DNA of 64,000 nucleotides from IMG/VR virus record IMGVR_UViG_3300023238_000004; one strand, 5' to 3'. The stretch comes from a virus. Under the pieces are notes generated by a model. The model saw nothing but the letters and a program-made list of their open reading frames with translations, made no database searches and was not told where the DNA came from. A program made the position numbers and the translations under genes. Positions 21,095-29,567 of this stretch are shown here, piece by piece (positions within the stretch are counted from its first letter, which is position 1; each line of letters opens with the position of its first letter).

Positions 21095-21122
21095 ACACAG
21101 AACAACATACAGGAGAAACAAA

Positions 21123-21848
21123 ATGGCAGATATCAAATTTTATGCAACAGAACAGAACGCAGCCAACGTAGGTGGCGTACTAATCACACACGAAGAAGGT
21201 TCTGGCCTTGGCTTCTATGGCAATGGGTACGGTGTTTCTGTCCCTATTGGTGGAACTCAAGACAGCACTTGGTTAACTAACTCAGATGGGACAGCTAGTG
21301 AGAGGGTTCGCCTTCAAAACACTAAGGCTGTAGACTTTGTAAATAAGGACAAAGTAGCCATCAACGGACAAGCTCCTGTGGGCCTCGATAAGCTCACCAA
21401 CGGCCAGTGCCCACTAAACATCAGGTTTGAGCACGACGAGGCTGTACGGGTGCAAAACTGCAAGCTGAGAGTGTTTGACAGGAACAACATCGCCAATCAG
21501 GCCAGTGGTGTCACTACTTATGTTTACGAAGCTCGACACCCAGCATCAGATGAGAACGCGGGAGTCCTAGATCAAGCAGGTAGAGACGCTTTGACTTGGT
21601 ATGAATTCGATCCAGTTGACGACATGTCAGACATGCCCTTGACTTCGTCTCCAGGCGTTAGCGGTGTTAATACCACATCAGACGACGACTATGACTTCAC
21701 TGGTCCCCAGGGACAACAAGTGCTTTCGTTCCAAGGACTTAGCCATACAAGCCTAAGACACGACTGGTATGTGGGACTTAGTTCTCAGCCTGACAGCATT
21801 GGAAGTAAAATAAATTATGCTCTTTATATTTCAGTAGAATACCTATAG
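21123..21848 (+). CDS. Putative structural protein, 241 aa
   Basis: Strong AGGAG RBS, own promoter, last gene of the + block. Confidence 0.65.
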   Translation: MADIKFYATEQNAANVGGVLITHEEGSGLGFYGNGYGVSVPIGGTQDSTWLTNSDGTASERVRLQNTKAVDFVNKDKVAINGQAPVGLDKLTNGQCPLNIRFEHDEAVRVQNCKLRVFDRNNIANQASGVTTYVYEARHPASDENAGVLDQAGRDALTWYEFDPVDDMSDMPLTSSPGVSGVNTTSDDDYDFTGPQGQQVLSFQGLSHTSLRHDWYVGLSSQPDSIGSKINYALYISVEYL

Positions 21849-21968
21849 GAACAAAAACATAAGATTGTTTAGATAGTTTTTTGAATTTTAGCTTAAAGAA
21901 TATCAGGATTCTCAATAATTCTTTTAGAGTGGACCCTCACTATGTTGGGGCTAGCGATTTAGACGCAT

Positions 21969-22005
21969 AAAAAAAGGGAGGCCCCTCACGGAGTCTCCCT
22001 TTTTT
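21969..22005. terminator. Bidirectional intrinsic terminator
   Basis: A7-GGGAGGC...GTCTCCC-T6 hairpin between the convergent gene blocks. Confidence 0.85.
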
Positions 22006-22019
22006 CGTAGACACTTGGC

Positions 22020-22352
22020 TTAGACGTAACCGCCTGATGCCTTGTCCCACTTGACCCACCCGCCGTCTGGCAGATACTTATCGCCATCCTTCTTCTTCGG
22101 GAATAGGCCCTTACCATCTTTGTTAGCACCGAATGCCAACTTAGCTCCACACTTGTTACATCGTAACTCGTAGTAGTCGTTTCCGTCTACGGTACGCTTT
22201 ACAAATCGCAAGTCGTCGCTACCGCACTTGCCGCAGGTTGAAACGTCAAAGATCTCTTGAAACTCTGCAATCTGACCAAATAGGTCTTTAGCGGAGTTAC
22301 CTTCAAAACCGACGTTAATTCTGCCGTTGGCAGTTGTGTAATTCAACTTCAT
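22020..22352 (-). CDS. Zinc-ribbon protein, 110 aa
   Basis: CGKC...CNKC pairs. Confidence 0.65.
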   Translation of the reverse strand: MKLNYTTANGRINVGFEGNSAKDLFGQIAEFQEIFDVSTCGKCGSDDLRFVKRTVDGNDYYELRCNKCGAKLAFGANKDGKGLFPKKKDGDKYLPDGGWVKWDKASGGYV

Positions 22353-22367
22353 TCTTTTTCACCTAAA

Positions 22368-23117
22368 CTATTTTTTGATATTTGTTGGAATGTCTTCTTT
22401 CTCGTCTCTGTACTTATGTAGTTGGTCAATACTAATACTAGCATCGGCCTTAGACAGAGCGTCGCCATCTTTTACCTTGATGACTTCCGATAAGAACTTC
22501 TCACGATCAATTTCAAGCTTATCAGCTAAAAAGCCAATAAGATTGTTTTGCTTATCAGTCGCAAGGTTGTCGCCCTTAAACTCACCATCCGTTTCTTTCT
22601 TCGCCTCTTCGGTTCGGACAGAATCACGGACAATTTGTTTGGCGTCTTTGTTTGTGATCTCGTCAGCCGAGACACGATTGATGCCTAGTGCCTTTCTCAA
22701 GGCCCTGGCTTCTGCTCTTGTACTGGCAATAGCGGATGGATAGATGGCAAACTTATCGTCAGTATTATCAACATAAGATTCGCCCACCTCTCTAAACACT
22801 GTGCCGTCCTCAAATTCAACTTGGAAGACAATAGTTGCACGGCCAGGATGATCCACATTCGTTGCGGGGAACACTGTAGTAGGCCCACTTGATACAATCC
22901 TGCCTAGAACTAGGTTTGCCACACGTCGAAGCCCTGCCACCTTGGGCATTGGGTCTCCCTGCTCTGGCTGCACCAGTTCAGTTTCGTCAAATAGGCTCAT
23001 CACCCAACCAGCCCACTCTACAGAGGTTGGGTCTGGGGCAGATTCGCCGTTAACTACTAGTTCCACTTTGTCATCGCTCACTACTGTGTCGCTGAAAATC
23101 TCTTCCTTCTCACTCAT
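22368..23117 (-). CDS. Putative single-strand annealing protein (Rad52/Sak-like fold)
   Basis: GLRRVA...beta-hairpin...AIASTRAEARALRKALG pattern plus a short C-terminal helical module (ATDKQ); resemblance judged by eye. Confidence 0.45.
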   Translation of the reverse strand: MSEKEEIFSDTVVSDDKVELVVNGESAPDPTSVEWAGWVMSLFDETELVQPEQGDPMPKVAGLRRVANLVLGRIVSSGPTTVFPATNVDHPGRATIVFQVEFEDGTVFREVGESYVDNTDDKFAIYPSAIASTRAEARALRKALGINRVSADEITNKDAKQIVRDSVRTEEAKKETDGEFKGDNLATDKQNNLIGFLADKLEIDREKFLSEVIKVKDGDALSKADASISIDQLHKYRDEKEDIPTNIKK

Positions 23118-23886
23118 AAGTTATCACCTTTAATTGGGAGTCAATTGTTCCTTCTGAAATCTGTGTAAGAACTTGAACCAAGTCCGTCTCTAGCTGAGCC
23201 AGTTTAGACAGGGCCATCGAACTACTTCGGTTTTCAATCCTGATAAGTTGATATCCTTTACTTAGGAGTACTCCATCTTTCTCAGTATCGAAGCCCACTT
23301 GCTTTCTTAGAGCCTTTTCTCCCCAAATCGGTGCGAAGTGAGAGAGTCCATCTATTTCTATTATAGTCCTTAACGCAGGAATGTACAAATCTATTTCGTA
23401 ATTTTTTTGCGGAATCAGATCTTTCTTGTGAGCCTGGAATCTGTAGCCAGCACCAGCTACGAATTTCTGCACCTCACGCTCAAGCTTAGACCCCTCGATA
23501 GCGGCCTTCCTAATTTGTGCGTGACCCTTCTTCCGCATGTCTTCTCTTTGTGCAGGGGTCATCTTCTTCCAATTGGCCTCAGCCTGCTTACGACGCTTCT
23601 CTTTCTCGGCTTCGTCCATATTGTTCCAATATCGAACAGCAGAATGGCTAATAGCAAGCCTCTCTTCTTTTGTTCTCTTTCTGCCCTTGGTTGGGTGCTC
23701 AACATTGCCCTTCTCTAGTGCGTTCTTCTGGGCTTCTGCTTTGCTTCGTAGTTTCACTCCTTCTTTCTTTAAGAGCCTACGAATCCTATTGGGGTTTGTG
23801 TTGTTCTTTCTGGCAATGTCGTATGTAGACTCTCCGTCTTTATACGCTTGAATTACCTCTGTTTTGTTTAGGTCTGTTTTAGTCAT
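23110..23886 (-). CDS. HTH/NUMOD-containing Vsr/DUF559-like PD-(D/E)XK endonuclease, probably a homing endonuclease
   Basis: N-terminal HTH (STYDIARKNNTNPNRIRRLL), basic helical repeats, C-terminal YEIDLYIP...IIEIDGLSH. Confidence 0.7.
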   Translation of the reverse strand: MTKTDLNKTEVIQAYKDGESTYDIARKNNTNPNRIRRLLKKEGVKLRSKAEAQKNALEKGNVEHPTKGRKRTKEERLAISHSAVRYWNNMDEAEKEKRRKQAEANWKKMTPAQREDMRKKGHAQIRKAAIEGSKLEREVQKFVAGAGYRFQAHKKDLIPQKNYEIDLYIPALRTIIEIDGLSHFAPIWGEKALRKQVGFDTEKDGVLLSKGYQLIRIENRSSSMALSKLAQLETDLVQVLTQISEGTIDSQLKVITYE

Positions 23887-24319
23887 TGATAATATCCACT
23901 ACGTCTTCTAAGTTTTCACATGTCACAACGTCGTGTCTACAAAGCTTACGCTTTACATAGTCAACGTCTGAGCCACCAGCGAGAATGGTGACGTTCTCAT
24001 CTCGTAGGTATTGCAAGTAACCAAATAAATCTCTGTTCTTCTCAAGACCGAAGTAATAATACAGGTCTCTATTGTTAATCTCGTTTGACACGCTCTTGAT
24101 ACCATCAAGGAATGTAACCACTAAAGAGCCCTTAAAATGACAAATATCAGTAGAATTGAAGATGCCAAAAGTTCTTTCTTCTGAACAGCGGCCCACATCT
24201 TGATAGAACAGGCTCGCATCCTTAAACTTTCGGGAAGACACCGCCTTGTTCGCGGCTTTATAAGCAGGAACAGAGACTCTACTGTCTCCTATGTTCTCAA
24301 TAAATACTCCAAAATTCAT
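23879..24319 (-). CDS. Hypothetical protein, 146 aa (possibly a glycosyltransferase-associated fragment)
   Basis: ORF coupled to its neighbours; no clear motif. Confidence 0.5.
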   Translation of the reverse strand: MNFGVFIENIGDSRVSVPAYKAANKAVSSRKFKDASLFYQDVGRCSEERTFGIFNSTDICHFKGSLVVTFLDGIKSVSNEINNRDLYYYFGLEKNRDLFGYLQYLRDENVTILAGGSDVDYVKRKLCRHDVVTCENLEDVVDIIND

Positions 24320-24438
24320 GAGGCCTCCACTGTTACTGTGACTTTGATATCGCCCTTTAATTTATCAAGCCAAGGATGCACATCCTTGTATTTACATGGA
24401 CAGAATTTAGGTCTGTGACCAGTTCCGCAAATTATCAT
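24316..24438 (-). pseudogene. 40-aa remnant of a YspA/SLOG-family gene
   Basis: Translates MIICGTGHRPKFCPCKYKDVHPWLDKLKGDIKVTVTVEAS*. The N-terminal (G/F)TGHRP motif is typical of YspA-like SLOG proteins. AAGGA RBS upstream and ATGA overlap with the next gene. Confidence 0.55.
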
Positions 24439-24460
24439 TTATTATCCTTATTGTTGTAAG

Positions 24461-24470
24461 TATTATACAT
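24461..24470 (-). promoter_or_regulatory. ATGTATAATA variant of the GTGTATAATA promoter motif
   Basis: Intergenic, ~23 nt upstream of the ATG at 24438. Confidence 0.5.
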
Positions 24471-24494
24471 CAAGTCTTTAAAACCCCCATCTTC

Positions 24495-24857
24495 TTAGTA
24501 TCTCATTCCTTTTGGATCAAAAGCTCGTGATCTCTTCATTGGTTTTGTTTGAAAGAAGTCCTTGTCTACTCCCAAGATCTCTCCTAAGATTAAACCCCTA
24601 CCCTCGTGTCCGATCTTGAAATAGCGACACCAACCTTCATCGCTATGTTCGTAGGTGACAAATCTTTCCTTTGGAAAAATCCATCGCCCCTTTTGCTCAT
24701 TGATGGTTGGCTTTAGCTTGTTGTCAAACTTGATATCAATTCCATTGAACCCAAACTCAAAGCCGCTTGTCATGACTTGTTGCTTCGCCTTGAACACGTC
24801 TGGATGCTCTTTCAAATATCGAAATGTAGTTTCGTGCATATACATTACTCTATTCAT
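24495..24857 (-). CDS. Hypothetical protein, 120 aa
   Basis: ORF track; TAATG overlap with the upstream gene. Confidence 0.55.
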   Translation of the reverse strand: MNRVMYMHETTFRYLKEHPDVFKAKQQVMTSGFEFGFNGIDIKFDNKLKPTINEQKGRWIFPKERFVTYEHSDEGWCRYFKIGHEGRGLILGEILGVDKDFFQTKPMKRSRAFDPKGMRY

Positions 24858-25195
24858 TAGTATGTCACCTTGTTGTTTTCTGATATTTTTTTACACATAC
24901 GGATAAACGCTCCTTGGTCTAGGGACATTTTCATGTTATTTACATACTTATGAACCCACTGAACGTTGCCCTCCTTTATGCCTGTTAGATAGCCACAAGA
25001 GATGTCTCCATAATCAACACTTTTTCTAGTACGACAGACGCATCTGCATTTAAGGTCTGATTTTTGGTATCTTCTTTCTGCCGTCTTACCACAAGCAGAA
25101 CAAAACACCTCGTATATCTGAAAACCATTGTGGGACTTTTTAACGAACTTTCCTACGGTCTTAGTCCCAAAGACTTCTCCTGTGTGACTCTTCAT
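24857..25195 (-). pseudogene. Internally deleted HNH homing endonuclease
   Basis: The N-terminal Cys-rich DNA-binding part (CSACG...CRC) joins directly to the C-terminal GNVQWVHKYVNNMK...FIRMCKKISEN. The SxDRIDS catalytic core seen in 45025-45711 is missing. Confidence 0.65.
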
Positions 25196-26961
25196 ACTGC
25201 TACCTTACCAAAGTCAATCTTGTCAAGGGGGTTGTATCCTACGAGTCCCACCTTGTCGTGGGTCCAGTTGAAGATATCAAACTCATTAGGGGCCATTAAG
25301 TTTTGAACATTAGGGTCCAATTCAATAGAGGGCAAGGGTTGCGGCTCTCTTTGGACTTGCTCAATAGCTCCATCTAGTTGATTTTCATAGATATGACAGT
25401 CAACAAATACGCCTGATAGATTGCCCACTTCCAACCCGGCATCTGCGGCCAATAGGCTTAAAAGTAAGCCATAAGAAGCGATGTTGAAGGGCACGCCTAA
25501 CATCAGATCTGCACTACGCTGAGCCCAGAAGAGATTGACCTTGTTATCGATGACTGTGACATTCCAAGCATAGTGACAGGGTGGTAGGGCCATCATGTGG
25601 ATCTGATTGGGGTTCCATGCGGAACAGACCATTCGTCTGTCCATAGGGTTGGTGCGAAGAGTCTCAACGATGTTGGCTAGTTGATTAGTGCCAGTCTTAA
25701 TCTTTGGCCTAGTATCTAAGTTTTCTTTTCTATGGAAACACCATCCACCATGGGTCTTTGTTTTGCTCTTTATAGAAGCTTCTACTGTTTTGACATTTAG
25801 ATTGTATTTTCTACAGAATCTAGCTAAGCCATACTCGTTAAAGAACGTATTGTTGTTTGGGTCTACAGCGTCAAAATAGTATTGTTGGCTAGTATGATTA
25901 GCGTTGTCTTCTCTAGTGGTCCATTGACACCCCCTAAGTCCATAAAAGCCTAGTCCATTAATGTCTTTGTCTAAGTGGTATCCAGACCAATTATCTAATT
26001 TAAACTTCCATCCGTTTACTCTTTGAATGTCTCTTAAAAAGTTCTCGAATATTAGCCAGTTATTGTGAACATAGATTCCGTAAGCACCATAATTTTTATA
26101 ATCTTTGTTGCTTTTATCATAGCATCTTTGGATCATTTGTCTCCATTGGTTTTTTATCGCCTCTACCGTGGATTCCTTATCTTCTTCATAGTGAAGATCT
26201 GGAATCTCAACATCTTTATACTCTCCCATGCAAGCGACACCGCATACCGATGGATAATATGGATCGTAGATTTTCCCTTCTTGTACTTGTGATTTACACA
26301 AATTATCTTTTACAAATCCACTAGTATGAAACTTTACTGAGAACCTACAATTGCAATGCCTGTCTTTGCCGTCGTATGATACTACTGTGTATATCCCATT
26401 TGTCCCATTGAATTCTTTGCCAACTAGATCGAATGGACAATTTTCACTCAGTGAGACCTTAATTGTCTTATTTAGTCCTGTTGTTATTTGTGGAACTGGA
26501 GCATAGTCTCCATCAAAATTAATCCAATTCGCACCATATATGGGACCAAGGCAATTAAGTTCTTTTTGGGCGGCTTTCTTTCGAGAGTTGTATTCTGCAT
26601 TAGATTCTTCATGACTCATTGTGTCGTCGTGAGAGTATTCCTGCATATACTGGTGCCCCTCTACCGCCTCGGGGTTACACCATTCTGACCAAATCTTACA
26701 GTTTCGGTCTTGAAACCACTGCTTGTCTGTGATCCCTTTGATAAATCCTTCAAGTTCGACTCTGATTGCTTTCCAAGCCATCTTTTTCGTCGTAAGTAAA
26801 GGAAACCCATCCCGCATTTCGTGAGAAAAGAAAACGTTAGGTACAGCTTTAGTCCTAATACCCCCATCTACTGGCTCCCATGTGTTACCGACTTTTCTGA
26901 CTGGAGACTTCCACTTGCCGTCTTCCAAAACCCTACTTACCATATCAATGTATTGTTTCAT
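25192..26961 (-). CDS. thyA: Thymidylate synthase with an in-frame HNH endonuclease insertion
   Basis: GFPLLTTKK, LGPIYG, RRMVCSAWNP, ALPPCH, QRSADLMLGVPFNIASY and DCHIY motifs; 589 aa. Confidence 0.95.
   Translation of the reverse strand: MKQYIDMVSRVLEDGKWKSPVRKVGNTWEPVDGGIRTKAVPNVFFSHEMRDGFPLLTTKKMAWKAIRVELEGFIKGITDKQWFQDRNCKIWSEWCNPEAVEGHQYMQEYSHDDTMSHEESNAEYNSRKKAAQKELNCLGPIYGANWINFDGDYAPVPQITTGLNKTIKVSLSENCPFDLVGKEFNGTNGIYTVVSYDGKDRHCNCRFSVKFHTSGFVKDNLCKSQVQEGKIYDPYYPSVCGVACMGEYKDVEIPDLHYEEDKESTVEAIKNQWRQMIQRCYDKSNKDYKNYGAYGIYVHNNWLIFENFLRDIQRVNGWKFKLDNWSGYHLDKDINGLGFYGLRGCQWTTREDNANHTSQQYYFDAVDPNNNTFFNEYGLARFCRKYNLNVKTVEASIKSKTKTHGGWCFHRKENLDTRPKIKTGTNQLANIVETLRTNPMDRRMVCSAWNPNQIHMMALPPCHYAWNVTVIDNKVNLFWAQRSADLMLGVPFNIASYGLLLSLLAADAGLEVGNLSGVFVDCHIYENQLDGAIEQVQREPQPLPSIELDPNVQNLMAPNEFDIFNWTHDKVGLVGYNPLDKIDFGKVAV
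25693..26508 (-). mobile_element. In-frame HNH homing endonuclease domain (~272 aa) inside thyA
   Basis: WRQMIQRCY...YKNYGAYGIYVHNNWLIFENF...LDKD...CQWTTREDN plus a C-terminal NUMOD1-like HTH. No C/S1 or HN/C intein termini; AT-richer than the flanks. Confidence 0.85.
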
Positions 26962-27142
26962 CTTATCCTCCTAATTCTTCCACGATGTCGTTCATACTGT
27001 CTGTAATGTCATTCACGTAGTTTGTGAAGTAGTCTTCAATCTCTATTTCCGTAAAGTAGCGAGGATGATTTTACTCCTTCGTGATCTACATTCAAAGACC
27101 CAGCCATGACTTCTAAAATTGTGTATGGAGCCATGTTAACTC

Positions 27143-27595
27143 CTAACCTGCTTGAATGATTTCTTCAATAACTTCACCTAGATCTTCTCTAAGCTCTACT
27201 CCATACTCTTGGCATGTTATTTCTAAATTCTTTCTTCGGAAATACCCCTGGGGGCACACAACAGCAAGAAAAACATCTCTCTCAAGAGCTTGACCTAGTT
27301 CCAACAGTGTTACTGGAGACTTGGTATTAGGATCAAAATAAAACAAGATGTACTCAACCCGTCTCAAGTAGTGCTGTTCCCATAGAATTTGTGCTTCTAG
27401 TTCAGGACTGTCTTCTGTCCAGCTACTATCCCAGTCGTCCCTTCTTGGGTCGTAGACGTTGTACAGGTGGCCAATTTGTGCCCCTACTCTCTTTTGCCAC
27501 TCTTCTGCGACCCCCATTTCAATGGAGCCAGCTAGAAATACAGAGGGCAAGCTTTCGTCTCTCTCTGTGTCTGTTCCTGGTTTAATTACGGGCAT
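27143..27595 (-). CDS. Nucleoside 2-deoxyribosyltransferase-like protein
   Basis: VFLAGSIEMG...WQ...PRRDDWD...QILWE...TLLELG pattern. Confidence 0.75.
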   Translation of the reverse strand: MPVIKPGTDTERDESLPSVFLAGSIEMGVAEEWQKRVGAQIGHLYNVYDPRRDDWDSSWTEDSPELEAQILWEQHYLRRVEYILFYFDPNTKSPVTLLELGQALERDVFLAVVCPQGYFRRKNLEITCQEYGVELREDLGEVIEEIIQAG

Positions 27596-27726
27596 CTTTC
27601 ACCTTTGGCCATTCGTTGTAAATGTCTGTCGCCCCGCATACTTTGTTCTTAATCTTTCTGGCGTGTCTTTTCTCCACGGCCACTATTACTTCATGAATCT
27701 CTTGCTTTTGTTTTTTTTTCTTCTTT

Positions 27727-28008
27727 CTAGGCAGAGTGCTTCTTCCTTGTGACCCATTGAATTATTCTCTCTATAGTGGAGGGTTCTTTGTGTTTGCCAA
27801 TGTCAAAGGCGTGATTAGCAATGTGAATCATATCTCCACCACCAATTAGTGCGATCTCCCTAAATCCAGCTTCCATGTCTTTTGTAAAAGGTATACCAGA
27901 CATGTAGAACTTAGTACCGTAGGCTGGACACATCTTGTGCGTCCCTTCTCTACAGCAGCCTCGACACTTGTCAAAGTCTTCATGCCAAATATCAAGTGGT
28001 TTTTGCAT
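27727..28008 (-). CDS. Hypothetical protein, 93 aa
   Basis: ORF track; Cys cluster CRGCC...C. Confidence 0.5.
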   Translation of the reverse strand: MQKPLDIWHEDFDKCRGCCREGTHKMCPAYGTKFYMSGIPFTKDMEAGFREIALIGGGDMIHIANHAFDIGKHKEPSTIERIIQWVTRKKHSA

Positions 28009-28801
28009 CTTGGTTTCTCGCTAATACAGGAACATACCCCTTCCTAAGAATCCAGTTAAAGTACTGAAACATCCCCTGACTAGCATCACCCAGCCGAGAA
28101 GTGGCGTTCATGTCTTCTCCATACTTACTTCCATTTAACGAGCCCCAAAGTTCTTTGTTGTCTTTTGGGTGCTTAGGAACGTAAGTGTTACAATTTGCCG
28201 TATTCCAAGCTGCGTAAGAGATATTGATATCCTCCCCATAGTTCAACGGTAGAACATCTGGAGCATCTATCCAGAAGGCTTTCAAGAGGGTCTTGTGGAA
28301 GAACCAACAGTGTCCACCAAAGTCTACCTGTTCTATCTTCTCGTTTTGACTTGGCCAACCAACTGCGTCATAGCTTTCGGGCATTGGATAGTTGTTGCTC
28401 TTTATCCTCACTCCACGAGTAGTCAAAACAGCTTGATTACCAATCTCTTCAATTGTGTCAATGCAGTTCTCAATCCAACACTTACCTGGGATCGTGTCGT
28501 CATCTGCGACACACACGTAGGAGGTGTCTGCATTAAGAGCGTAGGCAAACCTAGCCCACACACCCATGTTGCTATTGGCGATAGCCGACTTGGAGCCATC
28601 TACAACATAGCGATCAAAGGAGTCTTCAATTGTGTTCTTGCCGTCGTAGTTGCCCCAGAAGAGAAACTTGGGCGTTCCCGTCGACTGGTTTCTGTAGGCT
28701 TCGTATTGTTCTTTTGCAGCGTGGGGTCTCTTAAACCCGTTCATCACCACTGTTACCGATGTATCTGGCATCTTTTTCTCCATAAGGGCCGTTTTCGCCA
28801 A
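27992..28801 (-). CDS. GT-A fold (family 2-like) glycosyltransferase
   Basis: VTVVMNGFKR N-terminal strand, VCVADDDTIPG acidic motif, YGEDI. The true start may be ~30 nt downstream. Confidence 0.7.
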   Translation of the reverse strand: MAKTALMEKKMPDTSVTVVMNGFKRPHAAKEQYEAYRNQSTGTPKFLFWGNYDGKNTIEDSFDRYVVDGSKSAIANSNMGVWARFAYALNADTSYVCVADDDTIPGKCWIENCIDTIEEIGNQAVLTTRGVRIKSNNYPMPESYDAVGWPSQNEKIEQVDFGGHCWFFHKTLLKAFWIDAPDVLPLNYGEDINISYAAWNTANCNTYVPKHPKDNKELWGSLNGSKYGEDMNATSRLGDASQGMFQYFNWILRKGYVPVLARNQDAKTT

Positions 28802-29567
28802 TCTTTTCGAGTAAGGCTGTCACTCTATTATAGGGAGAATGGCCCGATTCGACAACCTCTTTTTGTAAAAATACCGGATTTCCCTCTCGCTGAATCAATC
28901 CACACTTTCCACCGTAGTAGGCCGCGTCGAAAAACACTTGATTAGACTTTGTTACAATGATCTCTTCGTAGTTTTGGTAAAGCTTTGACAATACCGCAAT
29001 GCTCACATACTCATCAACTTGATTAGAAGCTTTCATATCAATAGAGTTTGTTAAGACGTGATACGTCTCTCTATCTTCAAACAACGGACTAACCAAGTCA
29101 AGTTCTTGTTGAGAGTCTACAATAAATAGCGTCTCTATGGCATATCTTGGAACTTTAAGTCCAGGTGTATCCTTTAGGTAAAAATCAGCACAAGGGGCGA
29201 CAACGTCTATGTCTGGCAGCATTTTGTAGTTTTGAAAACAGTAATGGTTCTCCATCATGTCGTCAATAACCTGTAGGTGCTGTGGCGTGGCTCCGGTGAC
29301 GTTAATTACAGTCTTGATCCCCTCTCCTTTGGTTCTCTTTGCAATGTCTTTAGTCAGCATTAGATAATGAGTAAAAAAGATATCTGGCTTAAAGTCATCA
29401 AAGACATCAAAGGCACTTTCTTGGTTATTCCAAAACTTTACCTCGTTGCCCTCTTCTCTTAGGAACTTAGCAATATAGATCGCCTCAGTTGAAATTTCTG
29501 ACGAATAGTTGTGTACCAATGTTCTCATATCTATCTTTAACCCTGTGGTATGTTTTGATGTTGTCAA
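28731..29567 (-). CDS. Glycosyltransferase-like/associated protein, 278 aa
   Basis: AFDVFDDFKPDIFF segment resembles GT-B N-domains; cluster context. Confidence 0.5.
   Translation of the reverse strand: MTTSKHTTGLKIDMRTLVHNYSSEISTEAIYIAKFLREEGNEVKFWNNQESAFDVFDDFKPDIFFTHYLMLTKDIAKRTKGEGIKTVINVTGATPQHLQVIDDMMENHYCFQNYKMLPDIDVVAPCADFYLKDTPGLKVPRYAIETLFIVDSQQELDLVSPLFEDRETYHVLTNSIDMKASNQVDEYVSIAVLSKLYQNYEEIIVTKSNQVFFDAAYYGGKCGLIQREGNPVFLQKEVVESGHSPYNRVTALLEKIGENGPYGEKDARYIGNSGDERV
28827..28855 (-). promoter_or_regulatory. Sigma70-like promoter TTGTCG-N17-TATAAT
   Basis: Exact 17-nt spacer; preceded by GG, as in the copies at 37178 and 43925. Confidence 0.7.

Noticed and set aside
21849-21968. 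Small RNA in the AT-rich gap before the bidirectional terminator
   Set aside because: Only a weak 5-bp hairpin (CCTCA/TGGGG) is visible, which is not enough to call an RNA.
25693-26508. Group I intron or intein explanation for the thyA insert
   Set aside because: The insert is entirely coding and in frame with both flanks, leaving no room for a non-coding ribozyme core, and it has no intein terminal motifs. The site also differs from the T4 td intron site. RT-PCR would be needed to exclude splicing fully.
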